NCBI GenBank assembly: GCA_943332515.1
Contig: CALQPR010000021.1
Location: 9,737-73,736, forward strand
DNA from: Pedosphaera parvula Ellin514
GTDB lineage: Bacteria; Verrucomicrobiota; Verrucomicrobiia; Limisphaerales; JADJPG01
Reading direction: 5' to 3'
DNA length: 64,000 nucleotides
Below are positions 46,401 through 54,948 of the stretch, piece after piece (within the stretch, counting starts at the first letter, position 1; the number at the start of each line of letters is the position of its first letter). The notes under the pieces were generated by a model, which did not search any database, was not told the origin of the DNA, and saw only the letters and a program-made list of their open reading frames with translations. The position numbers and the translations under genes were made by a program.

Positions 46401-49400
46401 TCGTCACGAATCAATTGCCGCAGTCAGACCCGCAATTCACCAACGCCCCGATTGCCGCCGCGACGAACATCGCCTTCGCCACGTTCCTTCCGCCCAATCT
46501 TTCACGCGCCCGCACCAACCGGTCGGACATCGATTTGTATGTGTCGCGCGATTCCAGTATCACAAATCTGAATCCGGCTGCCATCGCCGCCTCACGCCGT
46601 TCCCTCAAGCGGGGCGGCACGGAGTCGGTGGTGCTCGGGCTTGCCGATTCTTTGAGGGGTGGAGAGATCTTTTACGCTGGCGTAAAGTGCGAGGATCAGC
46701 AGGCGGCGAGCTTCGGCTTCTTTGCCGTCTCCAGCAGTTCGCCCTTCAGCAGCACGGATACGAACGGCAATGTGTACATGGAAGGCTATCCCTTCGGTGT
46801 GGAAATCCCGGATGGCACTCCCGCCGAGCCGCAGGCGGCGTTCATGTTCGCTTTCTCTACGGAACAGATCGTCATCCAGAATGTCGTTGTCACCAATTAC
46901 ATCACGCACACCAACGGCGGCGATTTGTTCGGCGCGCTGGATCTCGATGGCAGCAAGGTCTCGGTGCTCAATGCCAACCGTTCCTTCCACAGTCTTTTCC
47001 CTTACGAGTTCATTTACGACGACAGCGATTCGGGCGAAATTCAGGGGAGCACTCGTACGGATACGCCGGGAACACTTCGCAACTTTGTCGGTGAGGAAGG
47101 GCTGGGTGCGTGGCGATTGACGATGGTGGATAGCGCGCCCGGTGACACTGGCCAGGTGAACCGGCTCCTGATCAAGCTTGAGCCACGCAAGGAAGACCTG
47201 ACCAATGGCGTCGGCATCGTGGAGACGATTCTGCCGGGACGCTTTTTCTACACCGTGGTGGATGTCTCCGCGACGGTGACGAATCTCCAGGTGTGCGTCT
47301 CGCCGGACGCCGGCGTGGTCGAGGTGTATATCCGGCGCGCAGACTTTCCGGACCAGGACAATTACGACATCCTTGGCGTGGTCGGGCCGCCGGGGGATTG
47401 CATCAACCTGGGCCTGCGCGATTCGCCGCCGCTGTCTCGCGGCCGCTACTACATCGGCATCTACAACCCGAACGCGCTGGCGGTGACGGTGGGCATCAAG
47501 GTGAATCTCCAGCATGATTTGAGGAAGGGATCGACCCTCCGCTTCCGTGGTGGCGATGGGGAGCTGATCGTCGATGACGCGGTGACGACGTCCACGCAGT
47601 TCGTCGGCTACAACGGGATCATCTCAGATGTGGAAGTGGGAATCCGCATCGCGCATGAGCGGGTGTCGGATCTCGTGCTTCACCTGGTCAGTCCGGAAGG
47701 GACGCGTCTGTTGCTCACGGAGAATCGCGGAAGAGACACGGCGGATTATGGGTTCGGGACGTTGCAGACGAACTTTTTTGCTCTGCCGGTTGACCAAACT
47801 AATAATCCCACTTCTGTAACGAATGTGTTCGGTCCGATCCTGCCGGAAGGCACCATCAGTATCACGTATGATTTCGGGAACCAGTTCACCGACCGAATGA
47901 CCGTCTATTACGATGGGATTCGGATCTATGACACAGGAGTTGTGCTGGGACCGGGTTCGTTCTCGGTTGATTATGGTCCGGGTCTGGCGACGAACTTTGT
48001 CGTCATCATGAATGAGGATGGGAATCCATTTGGAGGCACCGGATATACTTACACGCCGACCGTGTACACCAGTTACCACTATTCCACCTTCACCGAGAGC
48101 ACCGAGCGCGCGCGTCTGCCCATCAAGTTCGAGCCGCCGCCGTTCACAAACTTCAACTACTACGCCACGAACTACGTCACTAACGTCACGCTGGTGGCCG
48201 ATGGCTTCGAGGATCGTTTCCGGGGACCACGATTGCTCGGCACGGGAGCGAACCTCACCGGCTGGCAGGTCACGACCGGCAGCGTTAACGTCGTGACGAA
48301 CCTCTCCAATCTCGCGACCAACACATTCCTCGCGGCCTATGAGGGGTTGAGGTTCATCGATCTCAATGGTGTCACCAATGGTGTGATCGCGACGAACCTG
48401 ACCACGGTTCCTGGCACGTCCTATCGCGTCAGCTACGTCTATGCAAAGAACCCTGCCAATCCCAGCGACACCACGGCGGACATCCGGCTGCTGGATACCA
48501 ACAGCATTCGCTTCCAGAAGGAACTCGTCATCGCCTCGGCAGCGACGTGGCGAACCGGCGCGTTCTTCTTCAATGCGCTGGATGACCGCACCACGCTGGA
48601 AGTCATGTCCACCACGGCCAGCGATTCCGGCGTGCTCTTCGACATCTTCAGGGTCGAGCAGATCTCTACGAACATCGTCGCGGGCATCTATTATCTGCCC
48701 GAGGAACCGCTCACGCCGCTCTTTGGCCAGAACGCGTTTGGCAACTGGACGCTGGAGATTCTCGACAACCGCGTCGGTGGTGGCGTCACCAATTCGCTGC
48801 TCGGCTGGAAGCTGAACCTCACCTTCGTAAACACGAATCCTCCGGCCATCCAGCTCTTCAACGACACCAACTACTGCCTGACCATGCAGGCAGATGAGAC
48901 GGTGTACTTCTACGTGGACGTGCCGATCACCGCTTCCGCAGCGACGAACTTCTTCAGTGGCAGCGATCAACTGGATGTCTTCTACAACCAGAGCGGCCTG
49001 CCGGCATTGCATGAACCGCCGGACACTGCCTTCTTCTACAACGTGCTGGATGGGCAGACGGTTCTGGGCATCGATGGCTGGAACAGCATTGATGACGCCG
49101 GGGGCTTCGCGGGAGGTTCCGTCACCCCGACGCTCGCACCGGGCAAGCGCTACTACCTCGCGCTGCACAATCGCGGCACCGGCACCAACGGCGTGTGTGT
49201 TCGCGTGGCGTTCGATGAGCTTTCGCCGAACCTCGTGGGCATCATCCCGCTCACCAACCAGTGTTTTAGCTATTCCGGCGTCGTCACGAATGCCGGGGCG
49301 ATTGATTATTACTCGTTCGATGTTGTTTCTAGCAACGCGCTGGGTGTTCGCTTCTCGGTGACGAATATTATCGGAGGGTCGTCGAACGACGTGAACCTCG

Positions 49401-52400
49401 TGGTGCGTCGTGGCGTGCCGCTGCCGAACCTCACGCGTTACACCGGGATCAGCACTAATGCCTCGCCGTTGGATGGGGAGTTCATCGAAGTGGCGGACTT
49501 CTTCCAGACGACGCTCGCTGGTCGTTGGTATATTGGCGTCATTCACACCACGGTGAACCCGGTCGCCTACGACGTGTGCGCCGAGGAAGTGGGGGGCGAC
49601 ATCACCGAGGTTTTCAATAACGTATTGCAACCCGCGCAGAACGCTGCGGTGACCAATGCCGGCGACATCAGCTACTTCAAGATTCTGATCTCGCCACGCA
49701 CCTTCCTTGCTGACTTCCAGCTCACAAATATCGTCGGCGGCAGCAACATGGACCTCTACCTCAGCTCGGGCACCATGCAGCCGTTGTTTGGCACGCCGAC
49801 GAACTGGCTGTACGCCTCGACGAACTTCAGTCCTGCGCCGGCTCCCAATAACTTCGAGTCCAACCGTGTCTCGGCGTTCTCCTCGAGCCAGCCGCTGACT
49901 CCGGGATGGTGGTTCGTCGCAGCCGTCAACAAGTCGGCAGGGCCGGTGGATTTCGGAGTCCATGTCACGGAGTACCAGACAAACCTTCCCTACCTCCAGC
50001 TCACGAACGGTCTCGCGTTCTGCAAAACCCTGATCGATTCCAATGACATCGGCTTCTACTGGTTCGATGTCTCCCCGGATGCATTGCAGGTGGACTACGA
50101 GGTCTTCAACCTAAAGGATGATGCGGACCTGTTCGCGCATCCGCTGTTTGAGCTCCCGCCGCCCGGCTTCCTGCGCTTCCTCGATCTCGCGAGCACAAAC
50201 CTGCTGACGGCGGACGAGTTTATTGGGACGACCTTCACGACCGGCCAGCGGCCGTTTCCCTTCAGTCTCTTGAGCTCTCGTGGTCCGTGGTATCTGACGG
50301 TCAAACCCAAGGTGCCGATTCCGGTGCCGGCCCAGGTCTATCCCATCGATTACTGCATCCGCGCCACCGAGATCACCGCGCGTGATGTTCAGCCGCTGAC
50401 CAACGGACTGGCGGTTTGCAAAACCATCCCTGGCCGCGACACCAACACGCTCTATACGGGAGTGCAGTTCCATTCCATCGATGTCGTCGGCGTTCCCTTG
50501 CAGGCGACGTTCGAGACCTTCGGGGCCAATGGCAACGTGGACCTCTATGTGCAGCGCAACCTGCCGTTCACCAATTACAGCACCTACACCAATGGCGGTT
50601 CCAGTTTGTATCCGTACTCCGGCGAGCAGTTGGGGACGTTGGGAGAATACATCTGCATCGGCACGAACACGACGCCCGTGGCGCTGGCTCCCGGCCGCTG
50701 GTACGTGGTGGCCGTAAACCGTGAGGTGGTTTCGGTGGATTACTGCCTGCGTGCGTCCTTCGTCTCCTCGCAGAACCTGGTTCAGATCGGCAACGGCGAG
50801 ACCTTCTGCCGCACTCTTGGCATCGCCAATGGCGGGCCGATCTCCGGTCAGGATTACTACGTGTTCCGCGTCGCCACCAACGTCGTGCAGGCGACCTTCG
50901 AAACTCTTTCGTCGAGCGGCAACGTGGATCTTTTCCTCACCAGAAACCTGTGCCTGACCAACTTCAGCACCTACAACGCCGCGCTCGCGCCGTATCCCTA
51001 CTACAGCACGAACCTCGGCACGCAGCAGGATCTCATCTGCCTCGGCACGAACACCACACCTGTGAACCTGGGTCCGGGCGATTGGTATCTCACCGTGGTC
51101 AACCGGGAACCCCTGACGCCCGTGGACTATTGCGTCCGCTCCACGCAGTTGGTCTCGACCAACTTCATCCGCGTCACGAACAGCGGTGCCATCTGCAACG
51201 TGGCGGGTGTGGGAACAAATGACGGCACCGCCGCCACCGGCATCGATTACTACATCATCGACGTCAGCAGCAGTCCGGTGCTGATGAACTTCCAGACCTA
51301 CAACGCCAGCGGTAACGTGGACCTCTACGTCACGCGCGATCCATGCCTGCCGAACTTCGCGGCGTTCGATGCCGCCACCACGGACTATCCGTACTCCAGC
51401 ACGCTGCCGGGCACTGCCGCGGAATGCCTGAGCGTCACCAGCACCTCCGTGCCGCAGGTGCTGACGAACGGTGAATGGTATGTGGCCGTGGTGAACCGCT
51501 CTGCCACGCCGGTGAGCTACTGCTTCCTCGCCACGCCGTTTGCAACCGACCCTGCCACGCCCTTGACCAACCGCGCTCCGCTTTGTGCCCAGACTGTCAC
51601 CAACGGCAGCGACACGAACCTCGTCGGCGCGAATTACTACGCCTTCGACGTGCCCACCAACGCGCTGCAAGTGACGTTCGAGGTCTATGGCGCGAGCGGC
51701 AATGTGGACCTCTACGTGAGCGACGGCTTCTGCTTCGAGAACCGCGACACTTTCTCTCTCGCCACCACGAACGCCGCCTACTTCAGCACGAATCTCGGCG
51801 TGACCAGCGAGAGCATTCTCGTTGCAGGTTCATCCTCGCCCGCGCCGCTTGTGACCGGCCCTTGGTATCTCGCCGTGGTGAATCGTGAGCCTTCACCGGT
51901 CGCCGTAGATTATTGCGTCAAGGTGACCGCGCTTCTGACCACGGATGTCGTCGGGCTCACCAATGGCATTGGTTACACGCCGTCCAGCGCGCTGGCTCCG
52001 CGCAACGTCGCGTTCTACCACTACAAGATTTCGCCAAACGCGGTGCAGGCGACCTTCCAGATTATCAATGCCGACGGCGACGTGGACCTCTACGTCGAGC
52101 GCGGCTTCAGTCCGGCGGACATTTATTCGTCCAGCTACGCCAGCACCAACGCTGGCATGATCGAGGAACGGGTCACCGTTTCGACCAGCTCCCCTGTGCC
52201 GCTCACGCCGGTCGAGTGGTTCCTCGCGGTGACGAACTCTGATGCCTCCGCCGTGAACTACACCGTGCGTGTCACCGAGGTGCTCGATACCGGAGTCATT
52301 CGCCTCCTCAACGCTCTTCCTTACACGAACACCGTCGCCGCCCTCGGTTCCCTCACCGGGTTGCCGGCGAACTATTACGTCTTCACCGTCTCGAACGACG

Positions 52401-53137
52401 CCGTGCGCGCGCAGTTCGAAGTGCTGGCTCCGAGCGGCGACGTGACCCTGGTCGCGCGTCAGGGACTACCCTTGCCGGACCTTTCCACCGCCACCGTGTT
52501 CAGCACGAACAGCGGGACGACATCGGAGCTCATCGTGCTGTTCACGAACTCGGTGCCGATTGCATTGACGCCGGGTGACTGGTATCTCGGGGTGTTGAAC
52601 AACACGAGCAACGACGTGACCTACGCCGCAATTGCCACGCAATACTTCAGCGAGGGGACCAACATTACTCCCGGCCCGATCACGATCAGTAGCAATCTAT
52701 TTTGCACGAGCTACGCGGGTGTTCTGCCGGGTGTGAACTACTACATCGAAGGAGCTGCAAACTTCAATCCGCCCATCCTCTGGGTGCCGGTTACTCCGAC
52801 CATCAAGGCCACCGGCACCACGCTCAACTGGTGCATCGCGCTGCCGAACACCTACAGCTTCTTCCGCCTGCGCGAAGGTCTGTCGCCGCTGTCCTCGGGC
52901 AGTCCGACGACCTTCACTGCGTCGGGTTTCGCCGCCGGTGCCTTGGGATTGCAATGGAACGCGCCGCCGGGATTGCGGTTTGTCGCGGAATATACCGAGT
53001 CCCTGTTCCCGCCCGTCTGGCAGCCGTATCCCGATTACATCACGTCCACCAACACGGTTTACAGCTTCAATGACGACGGTTCCAGGACGGCTCCGCTCGG
53101 GCCTGCCCGCTATTACCGGTTCTTCCAAGTCCCTTGA
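43466..53137 (+). CDS. Giant membrane-anchored subtilisin-family (S8) serine protease with P-domains, a DUF642-like module and about 10 PPC-like modules (3,223 aa)
   Basis: The N-terminal TM anchor is WFIISLLFFVAAAVFW. The catalytic triad motifs are NVNDTG (Asp codon 44396-44398), HGTHVAG (His codon 44468-44470) and SGTSMAAP (Ser codon 45497-45499). P-domain-like segments are ITHTNGGDL...GAWRLTMVDSAPGDTG and IAHERVSDLVLHLVSPEGTRLLL...GNWTLEILDNRVGG. PPC-like GNVDLYV signatures recur. Confidence 0.9.
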   Translation: MQFRTRTWFIISLLFFVAAAVFWQLGERKLARDKAAKSAVSGPAAAGATAGSSLTNAPVVPAAATNASVLATNANDPLRFRLSNTTLTERQLLDRDPALLLMNALVDTASPVNLPIPAHLRAQGDPGSYVVQSRGPLTDAFRAALKLAGVEIVSYVPNNAYLVRASAAAATQLAALPQTQTVLPWEPYFKLEDELLALAVEQKPLPVTRQLNVLVYSADRQAVETTLAAMNVVVIEAERSPFGVLLVVRPPRDAVVALAQLPGVQRIEINRLKVTANDQARTRLRVSTNGLLAAPSFRNLTGQGVLVNVNDTGVEGIHPALTGRVLGLQTDLEGHGTHVAGTIAGDGANSPAGAIPGSVTNASFRGVAPASKIFANTFGNSDANMQESAAATNAFISNNSWGYIDGGGYTLSAASWDAAVRDALPGVEGSQPLLAVFAAGNSGAFGIDAPASAKNVITVGALENLRGITNFVTVIEYAESNRFQPWLDMTDSSNQVASFSSVGNIGRRREGESGRFKPDVVAPGTFVISARASTWVQPTNLYSYETRRIPLVRLDADEFEVYSVFVPLHGVQIDVTCQPNQFTGPNPLPQLPIYVQEGSAPAVPGTSVGDNRATVGPPLVPVPPGTWYIAVENKGSNIARFDVSITVTITNNLGDEPEQFFKLNEILAPNYRYESGTSMAAPAVSGALALMQEYFATLGATNSPALMKALLINGARSANDEYDFDVSADRNRQGWGLVNITNSVPGTATVGPGYDSAQRTLTSPTMVCYDQVSTRALATGQSFTKSVNIAANARTSPLRFSLVWTDPPGNPSVGVKLVNDLDLVVSNNVTHEIFAGNSFGPGNTFTFGSDTNTTNGLVLDRVNNVENVYVSASFNQRLSDSYTVTVSARRVNVNAVTAHPDGVVQDFALVISHGNPRTAIGFPITLGNEPIIDAPLPEVTVVTNGVPLLNQRAGANSPLVVPAGLEFTNGVPAQWHFFVVTNQLPQSDPQFTNAPIAAATNIAFATFLPPNLSRARTNRSDIDLYVSRDSSITNLNPAAIAASRRSLKRGGTESVVLGLADSLRGGEIFYAGVKCEDQQAASFGFFAVSSSSPFSSTDTNGNVYMEGYPFGVEIPDGTPAEPQAAFMFAFSTEQIVIQNVVVTNYITHTNGGDLFGALDLDGSKVSVLNANRSFHSLFPYEFIYDDSDSGEIQGSTRTDTPGTLRNFVGEEGLGAWRLTMVDSAPGDTGQVNRLLIKLEPRKEDLTNGVGIVETILPGRFFYTVVDVSATVTNLQVCVSPDAGVVEVYIRRADFPDQDNYDILGVVGPPGDCINLGLRDSPPLSRGRYYIGIYNPNALAVTVGIKVNLQHDLRKGSTLRFRGGDGELIVDDAVTTSTQFVGYNGIISDVEVGIRIAHERVSDLVLHLVSPEGTRLLLTENRGRDTADYGFGTLQTNFFALPVDQTNNPTSVTNVFGPILPEGTISITYDFGNQFTDRMTVYYDGIRIYDTGVVLGPGSFSVDYGPGLATNFVVIMNEDGNPFGGTGYTYTPTVYTSYHYSTFTESTERARLPIKFEPPPFTNFNYYATNYVTNVTLVADGFEDRFRGPRLLGTGANLTGWQVTTGSVNVVTNLSNLATNTFLAAYEGLRFIDLNGVTNGVIATNLTTVPGTSYRVSYVYAKNPANPSDTTADIRLLDTNSIRFQKELVIASAATWRTGAFFFNALDDRTTLEVMSTTASDSGVLFDIFRVEQISTNIVAGIYYLPEEPLTPLFGQNAFGNWTLEILDNRVGGGVTNSLLGWKLNLTFVNTNPPAIQLFNDTNYCLTMQADETVYFYVDVPITASAATNFFSGSDQLDVFYNQSGLPALHEPPDTAFFYNVLDGQTVLGIDGWNSIDDAGGFAGGSVTPTLAPGKRYYLALHNRGTGTNGVCVRVAFDELSPNLVGIIPLTNQCFSYSGVVTNAGAIDYYSFDVVSSNALGVRFSVTNIIGGSSNDVNLVVRRGVPLPNLTRYTGISTNASPLDGEFIEVADFFQTTLAGRWYIGVIHTTVNPVAYDVCAEEVGGDITEVFNNVLQPAQNAAVTNAGDISYFKILISPRTFLADFQLTNIVGGSNMDLYLSSGTMQPLFGTPTNWLYASTNFSPAPAPNNFESNRVSAFSSSQPLTPGWWFVAAVNKSAGPVDFGVHVTEYQTNLPYLQLTNGLAFCKTLIDSNDIGFYWFDVSPDALQVDYEVFNLKDDADLFAHPLFELPPPGFLRFLDLASTNLLTADEFIGTTFTTGQRPFPFSLLSSRGPWYLTVKPKVPIPVPAQVYPIDYCIRATEITARDVQPLTNGLAVCKTIPGRDTNTLYTGVQFHSIDVVGVPLQATFETFGANGNVDLYVQRNLPFTNYSTYTNGGSSLYPYSGEQLGTLGEYICIGTNTTPVALAPGRWYVVAVNREVVSVDYCLRASFVSSQNLVQIGNGETFCRTLGIANGGPISGQDYYVFRVATNVVQATFETLSSSGNVDLFLTRNLCLTNFSTYNAALAPYPYYSTNLGTQQDLICLGTNTTPVNLGPGDWYLTVVNREPLTPVDYCVRSTQLVSTNFIRVTNSGAICNVAGVGTNDGTAATGIDYYIIDVSSSPVLMNFQTYNASGNVDLYVTRDPCLPNFAAFDAATTDYPYSSTLPGTAAECLSVTSTSVPQVLTNGEWYVAVVNRSATPVSYCFLATPFATDPATPLTNRAPLCAQTVTNGSDTNLVGANYYAFDVPTNALQVTFEVYGASGNVDLYVSDGFCFENRDTFSLATTNAAYFSTNLGVTSESILVAGSSSPAPLVTGPWYLAVVNREPSPVAVDYCVKVTALLTTDVVGLTNGIGYTPSSALAPRNVAFYHYKISPNAVQATFQIINADGDVDLYVERGFSPADIYSSSYASTNAGMIEERVTVSTSSPVPLTPVEWFLAVTNSDASAVNYTVRVTEVLDTGVIRLLNALPYTNTVAALGSLTGLPANYYVFTVSNDAVRAQFEVLAPSGDVTLVARQGLPLPDLSTATVFSTNSGTTSELIVLFTNSVPIALTPGDWYLGVLNNTSNDVTYAAIATQYFSEGTNITPGPITISSNLFCTSYAGVLPGVNYYIEGAANFNPPILWVPVTPTIKATGTTLNWCIALPNTYSFFRLREGLSPLSSGSPTTFTASGFAAGALGLQWNAPPGLRFVAEYTESLFPPVWQPYPDYITSTNTVYSFNDDGSRTAPLGPARYYRFFQVP
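49230..52650 (+). repeat. Nine tandem PPC-like coding modules (about 120-138 aa each) inside the giant protease gene
   Basis: The (N/D)(V/M/A)(D/N/T)L(Y/F/V) signature codons recur at about 49390, 49748, 50122, 50536, 50924, 51316, 51704, 52082 and 52442. The spacing is 358-414 nt. Each module also carries LTNG..., DYY.F.V...LQ.TFE and W(Y/F).AV.N. Confidence 0.7.
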
Positions 53138-53400
53138 TGCATCCGCTCGTCCTCGAGCTGGATCGATCCGTCGAAGCCGAGCGTCGTGTGCCGGGTGTTC
53201 GACGGAGAAAAATATCGCAGCCGTGGCGATGCAGATCCAGCGCGGGGCAGCACCGGCTGCGTGGCTGGAGTGGGGTGTGGCTTCTGGAACAGCGGCAACC
53301 CGATGTGTGGCCGGACATCTGCCCGCGCTCGATTCAATCGAGCGCTTGAAGAAATCAACTGACCACGCGCTGAGCCAACGCATGGGTCGCAGACGCGGGT

Positions 53401-54069
53401 CTATTCGCCTTGTTTGACCTTCGGATCGTGACGGATGTCTTCGCCTTCGTGCAGGAAGACGACTTCCTCCGCGATGTTCGTGGCGTGATCACCGATGCGT
53501 TCGAGGCTCTTGGAGATGGTCATCAAGTTCAGGCAGCGCGTAATCGTGGAGGGACGCTCGACCATGTAGCTGGCCAGCTCGCGATGCAGTTGCTTGTTGA
53601 GGGAATCGATCTGTTTGTCGCGCGGGATGATGGCGCGCGCCTTCGCTGTATCACGGCCGACGAATGCTTCCAGCGCCTCCTTCAGCATCGTGAGACCGAG
53701 CGAGGCCATGTTGGGGATGTCCACCTCGGTGTGGAGGGCTGGCTCCTGGTTCAGCTCGATCACCCGGCGGGAAATGGTGGTCGCTTCGTCGCCGACGCGT
53801 TCGAGGTCGTGGCAGACCTTCATGGCCACGGTGATGAGGCGGAGCTCGGAGGCCAGCGGCGCCTTGGCCAGCAGGTTGATCGACATCTCGTCGATCTCCT
53901 TCTCGAAGGCATCGAGGATCGAATCGTCTTCCTTGACGCGGCGGGCGAGGTCGTCATCGCGATCGGTGAAGGCCCGGATGGAGCGGACGACGGCGCTTTC
54001 GGCGTTGCTGGCCATCACGAGGAGCTTTTTCTTCAGCTCGCTGAGATCTTGTTCAAAATGGACTGACAT
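53401..54069 (-). CDS. phoU: Phosphate signalling complex protein PhoU
   Basis: 222 aa with two PhoU repeats (DLERVGDEATTISRR and SLERIGDHATNIAEE). It is the last gene of the pst operon. Confidence 0.9.
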   Translation of the reverse strand: MSVHFEQDLSELKKKLLVMASNAESAVVRSIRAFTDRDDDLARRVKEDDSILDAFEKEIDEMSINLLAKAPLASELRLITVAMKVCHDLERVGDEATTISRRVIELNQEPALHTEVDIPNMASLGLTMLKEALEAFVGRDTAKARAIIPRDKQIDSLNKQLHRELASYMVERPSTITRCLNLMTISKSLERIGDHATNIAEEVVFLHEGEDIRHDPKVKQGE

Positions 54070-54111
54070 GAAATGTGTTGAGAGTCAGAGGTTGAGAATT
54101 GAGCCCGATCA

Positions 54112-54942
54112 TCATCCGAAGCGGCCGGTGACGTAGTCTTCCGTCTGCTTGTTTGCAGGGTTGGTGAAGATCTTGTTCGTCGTGTCGTATTCGATCAGTT
54201 CGCCAATGTAAAAGAAAGCCGTGTAATCGGAGATGCGCGCGGCTTGTTGCATGTTGTGGGTGACGATGACGATCGTGAAATCCTTCTTCAAGTCGAGAAT
54301 CAGGTCTTCCACACGGCCGGTCGCCAGGGGATCTAGCGCCGAGGCCGGCTCATCCATCAGGATGATTTCGGGTTGAATGGCGATGGCGCGCGCAATGCAG
54401 AGCCGCTGTTGCTGGCCGCCGGAGAGACCGAGGGCGCTGGAGTGCAGTCGGTCCTTCACCTCGTCCCACAGCGCGGCATTGCGCAGGCTTTGCTCCACGG
54501 CTTCATCCAGGTCGGTCTTCTCCTTCATCCCGTGCAGACGGAGGGCGTAGGCGATGTTTTCGTAGATCGATTTCGGGAACGGGTTCGACTTCTGAAAGAC
54601 CATGCCCACACGTTTGCGCAATTCGATGACATCGACGTCGTGGCCGTGAATGTTCTGCCCCCCGATCTTGACGCCGCCTTCGATGCGGACGTGGTCGATG
54701 AGATCGTTCATCCGGTTGAAGCAGCGCAGCAGCGTGGATTTGCCGCACCCGCTGGGACCGATGAAGGCCGTGACCATGCGCTCGCGGATCGACATGGAGA
54801 TGTTCTTCAACGCCTGAGATGCGCCGTAGAAGAGGCGCAGGTTCTCAGTGACGATGAGCGAGGTGTTCTTGGTGGGATCCTCGACCGGAGGCTCCGGAAC
54901 GATGGTCTTGAACTTCAGATTTGCAAAGCCGGTGTCAGACAT
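54112..54942 (-). CDS. pstB: Phosphate ABC transporter ATP-binding protein PstB
   Basis: It has Walker A (GPSGCGKST), the signature [14 protein letters not shown] and Walker B ([11 protein letters not shown]). The C-terminal [10 protein letters not shown] is typical of PstB. Confidence 0.95.
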   Translation of the reverse strand: MSDTGFANLKFKTIVPEPPVEDPTKNTSLIVTENLRLFYGASQALKNISMSIRERMVTAFIGPSGCGKSTLLRCFNRMNDLIDHVRIEGGVKIGGQNIHGHDVDVIELRKRVGMVFQKSNPFPKSIYENIAYALRLHGMKEKTDLDEAVEQSLRNAALWDEVKDRLHSSALGLSGGQQQRLCIARAIAIQPEIILMDEPASALDPLATGRVEDLILDLKKDFTIVIVTHNMQQAARISDYTAFFYIGELIEYDTTNKIFTNPANKQTEDYVTGRFG

Positions 54943-54948
54943 AAGCTT

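Noticed and set aside
47624-49963. 779-aa minus-strand ORF, and the similar 519-aa ORF at 50111..51670, antisense to the giant protease gene
   Set aside because: The translations are Arg/Gly/Asp/His-rich with no recognisable motifs. They lie fully inside a plus-strand gene that has strong domain signatures. These are typical shadow ORFs of high-GC coding DNA.
53325-53345. Hairpin GCGCTCGAT-tca-ATCGAGCGC between the convergent protease and phoU genes
   Set aside because: There is no flanking T/A-tract on either strand. It may be structural, but I cannot support a terminator call.
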